Below, piece after piece: positions 61,012 through 64,000 of a stretch of DNA of 64,000 bases. The translations under genes and the position numbers were made by a program. The DNA comes from Raillietiella orientalis (lineage: Eukaryota). The stretch lies in assembly GCA_036172245.1 (NCBI GenBank), contig JAYWIR010000014.1:1550001-1614000 (forward strand), in the 5' to 3' direction. Position 1 is the first letter of the stretch; each line of letters opens with the position of its first letter. The notes under the pieces are model-generated. The model made no database searches and was not told where the DNA came from. It saw only the letters and a program-made list of their open reading frames with translations.

Positions 61012-64000
61012 TTGTATGTTTTACTCCTATCCCATTTATTGGGTATGCTACACTGACATTAAAACTTCATTAATTAATTTCATTTCTTGTATATGTTACA
61101 AATCCTACATTAATAAGCATCCCATCTATTTATATAATTGGATATGCACACACCTATATAGGCATGTGCATGTTTACATGCATACAGATGCGTGTTTAAT
61201 TCATGCATTTCATGCGTATCTAAGGATTTTCTGTATATTTTCACACTCGTTTATGAAAATTGAAGGTCTCAAAGAACACAAGAAACACCCACTGAAACAG
61301 CAACCGGCGTTCACGAAATTTTTAACGAGAACATTTATGCCAACTTTTTCTCAAGAGGACCAAAGAACCACATGGTTTCACCAGTGGTGAGTTGAGGGAA
61401 GCTTTCCATGCTTACCTCGCATTGTGTAAAAAAGATTTTGATAATCTATCTGATAAAAAATGTAGTTTTTTCATTAGGGTCTATTAGCAATTACGAGATA
61501 AAATTTACTTTCTGAGAACTCTTTTCATGTTCTGATAGACGGACGAAATCCAAGTCACCGTCAAAATGTCACATAGGTATAAGCATTTATCTATAAAATG
61601 CTGCACAGAGGTTTGTGTGCTATATTTTATTTTCGTACTATAAATCGTATTTTTAGAAAGTCAATAATTATGAATTTATTAGAGTATTAATATGATGGAT
61701 AATTTCTTGATGGCATTTCATTCAAATAAATCGCCTCTGTAGCCATGTCATGCACTCATACTTGGTTATGTAATTCCATGCATACATACATGATAATAAT
61801 GTACATGGAGAATGCATGAGATATGTATGTGCTGTATATAAATATGATGACCACACACATGCATGATAATCATGGACGTGTAAATCCAAATGCCCATGTC
61901 CGTACGTATGTATTTAGTCGCACAGTGTCACATAAGGGTAAGTATGAAAGGGTTCACGATGCAAAATTGAGGCAGTAATAGGTAAGCAGATTTCCATGTT
62001 TGGCTTTCACACTGTTTGGATTCCATAAAAATACATATGTTCGCGAACATAGTGGGCACGTAGCACGTTTGCACGTGAATACGTTACGAATACGTACAAT
62101 ATCTTCCATATACCTGTTTTTATGGAACATACTGCACTGAACGCACTGGTTCGCTACCGCATGCGTTGGTGTCTTGTTAAATGGGTCTCGTTTTCCACGG
62201 CGGTCCAGTTAAGGCCAAGCTAAACCGTGGCTATTCAATTCTTATGCTTGCCTTCTGAAAGTACAATACAAAAAAATTATAATCTGCTCCAATAACTATC
62301 TTATCTCTCCTCCGTTCCCCAAACATTGTACTCTGAACACTGTTAAAACGGCATGGCTGTTGCAACTTCTTCGCTAGTTGCTCCGAGGTGCACGTCTGTA
62401 AAACCGTAGTTTAATTCTCCTGGTGGATACGCCCTGTTGATCTTTCCCAACACTCTCAAATTTAAAACGAGCATTCAGATTCTGATTTTTATGGAAACGC
62501 GTTATTAAAGAGGGGATTGAAAAAATTTGCTCACGATATCGCGAGGAATTGTGTGCTTTTTAGTTTTCAGAGCAAAGCAGCAGAAGGCATCAGGGATAGA
62601 TGGTGCAGAAGACAGCAACCCTGTGTCGGGAATAGTGAGCGTTATTTGGATAGACTGCACATCACTCGAAATTGCAGTCTGATGGTTCCAGATATTTGAA
62701 GGGAGATGTCGGTACTTGGTTACCAAAAGGAAAAGTGTTGCGGAATGTTCTTCTCGCATGCTGGCTGTCCCTGCTCACTAAAAACTCGTGCTGCATGGAC
62801 GGAATGAAATGTCAGTTGCTGCCTCTGGAACTTCAGCTCCAAGAGCGGAAGGAAGATAGACTGCATTCTTGAAAAACTTGACATTCTTGGGACGCTGCTC
62901 TACAACAGACGATAAATTACGTCCAATCACATTCATGTGCAATTTTCAGACAAGATGTCCATGATGATGCAAGTAAGTATATTCACATAGTGACATGGCA
63001 GTGTTGGAGTCTGATTTTTCATCTCACTGAACAGTCTCAATAAGGAAGATGCTTGAAAAGTCACTTGAAGGCGCAAAAGTTTGCACGTTCACTAGCGTGT
63101 GTGGTCCTTTAATGAATTGTACGTCCAAATGCTTGGATGACGAGTAACTGCTAATACATTTCTGGGCATGTTCCTCTCCAGGAGACAGCACCCAGATAGG
63201 ATTCGAGACTTCCTAAACAAGTTTGGAGCAGCATTTTCACTCACTGTTACTTGGCTCTACTTCGGTAGCCTCTTGCAGTGACTGCTGCTGAATGGCGAAA
63301 AAATAGCTTCCAAGAGGTCGCCTAAAATCAGCTTGGGGTACCACGAACAGATCATACCATCAGCTAAATAGAGCCAGGAAAGTTCGGTGTGAATTCAGAA
63401 GACCGCCAACTTGCAAGAGCCAAAAGCGGGAATCTTTCCAGATCCGCCTCGCCGCCTGCAGCATATGATCCACTGCTATAATTATGACCGGGATGCTTTC
63501 CCTTTTCCGAAAATGCAAGCATGTGCGGAATAGTGAATGACCTGAAGCATAAGTGCGCAATTTTTGTGGATCCAAACACGCCTAAGTTTTCTACTTATAA
63601 GTCATTCACATCCTCAAGATTGTTTTGCTGCCGGTAGCATCGCAATCTCCAGCATTGCCAAATAGAGGCACCGTTAGATGTCAGAAGAGCAACAAAAACT
63701 TTTGTCAAAACCTTCAGAAAGAAGAAGCAACTTCTATCTCAAAAACAAGAAGTCTATGTCGTTTGACGAGAGACAAAGCACTTCATATCATAATTCAGAA
63801 CATCGTAATAGCATTTTATCGAAGAAACTCGTTTTCATTTTAAGTGAAGAAAGATGAATGTGGTAACGACTCAAACATCCCGAGCAACATGATGAGTTTC
63901 CTGCCTTCTGTTCTTGTTCCGGAATCCAACACGGCGGCCACGAGATCAAAATTCCACTTACTCCCACATGTGTGAAAAAGGGAAAAGAAACTCAAGCAAC

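Noticed and set aside
62100..64000. Moderately GC-richer tail with several splice-like sites (e.g. ttttcAG..GTAAGT near 62949-62978; ctccAG at 63180-63181)
   Set aside because: I could not assemble a phase-consistent, recognisable protein on either strand. It may be a gene edge or relic, but this is unsupported here.
1..64000. Prokaryotic defence system, CRISPR array, retron or intact transposon
   Set aside because: The sequence is intron-containing animal DNA. I saw no repeat-spacer array, transposase, integrase or intact RT ORF, LTR pair or terminal inverted repeats.

Overview
Animal (probably arthropod) genomic DNA with GT-AG spliceosomal introns. I found no prokaryotic operon, CRISPR array, rRNA or complete tRNA. 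Two convergent multi-exon genes can be reconstructed by hand. (1) Plus strand, 12590-31518, 5' end not found: a UPF0462/C4orf33-family gene with at least two tandem copies of the domain and a hydrophobic C-terminal tail. Both copies share exon boundaries and phases, but introns are huge in copy 1 (12,467 and 5,091 bp) and tiny in copy 2 (43, 54 and 140 bp). (2) Minus strand, 54627-49178, first exon not pinned down: an AF4/FMR2 (lilliputian/AFF4) gene with 15 coding exons, ~1,226 aa, and mostly 38-59 bp introns. The window runs from a very GC- and CpG-rich block (1 to ~37.3 kb) to very AT-rich DNA (~56-62 kb). Most long ORFs in the GC-rich block are compositional artefacts. All family assignments come from remembered protein motifs, not from a database search.
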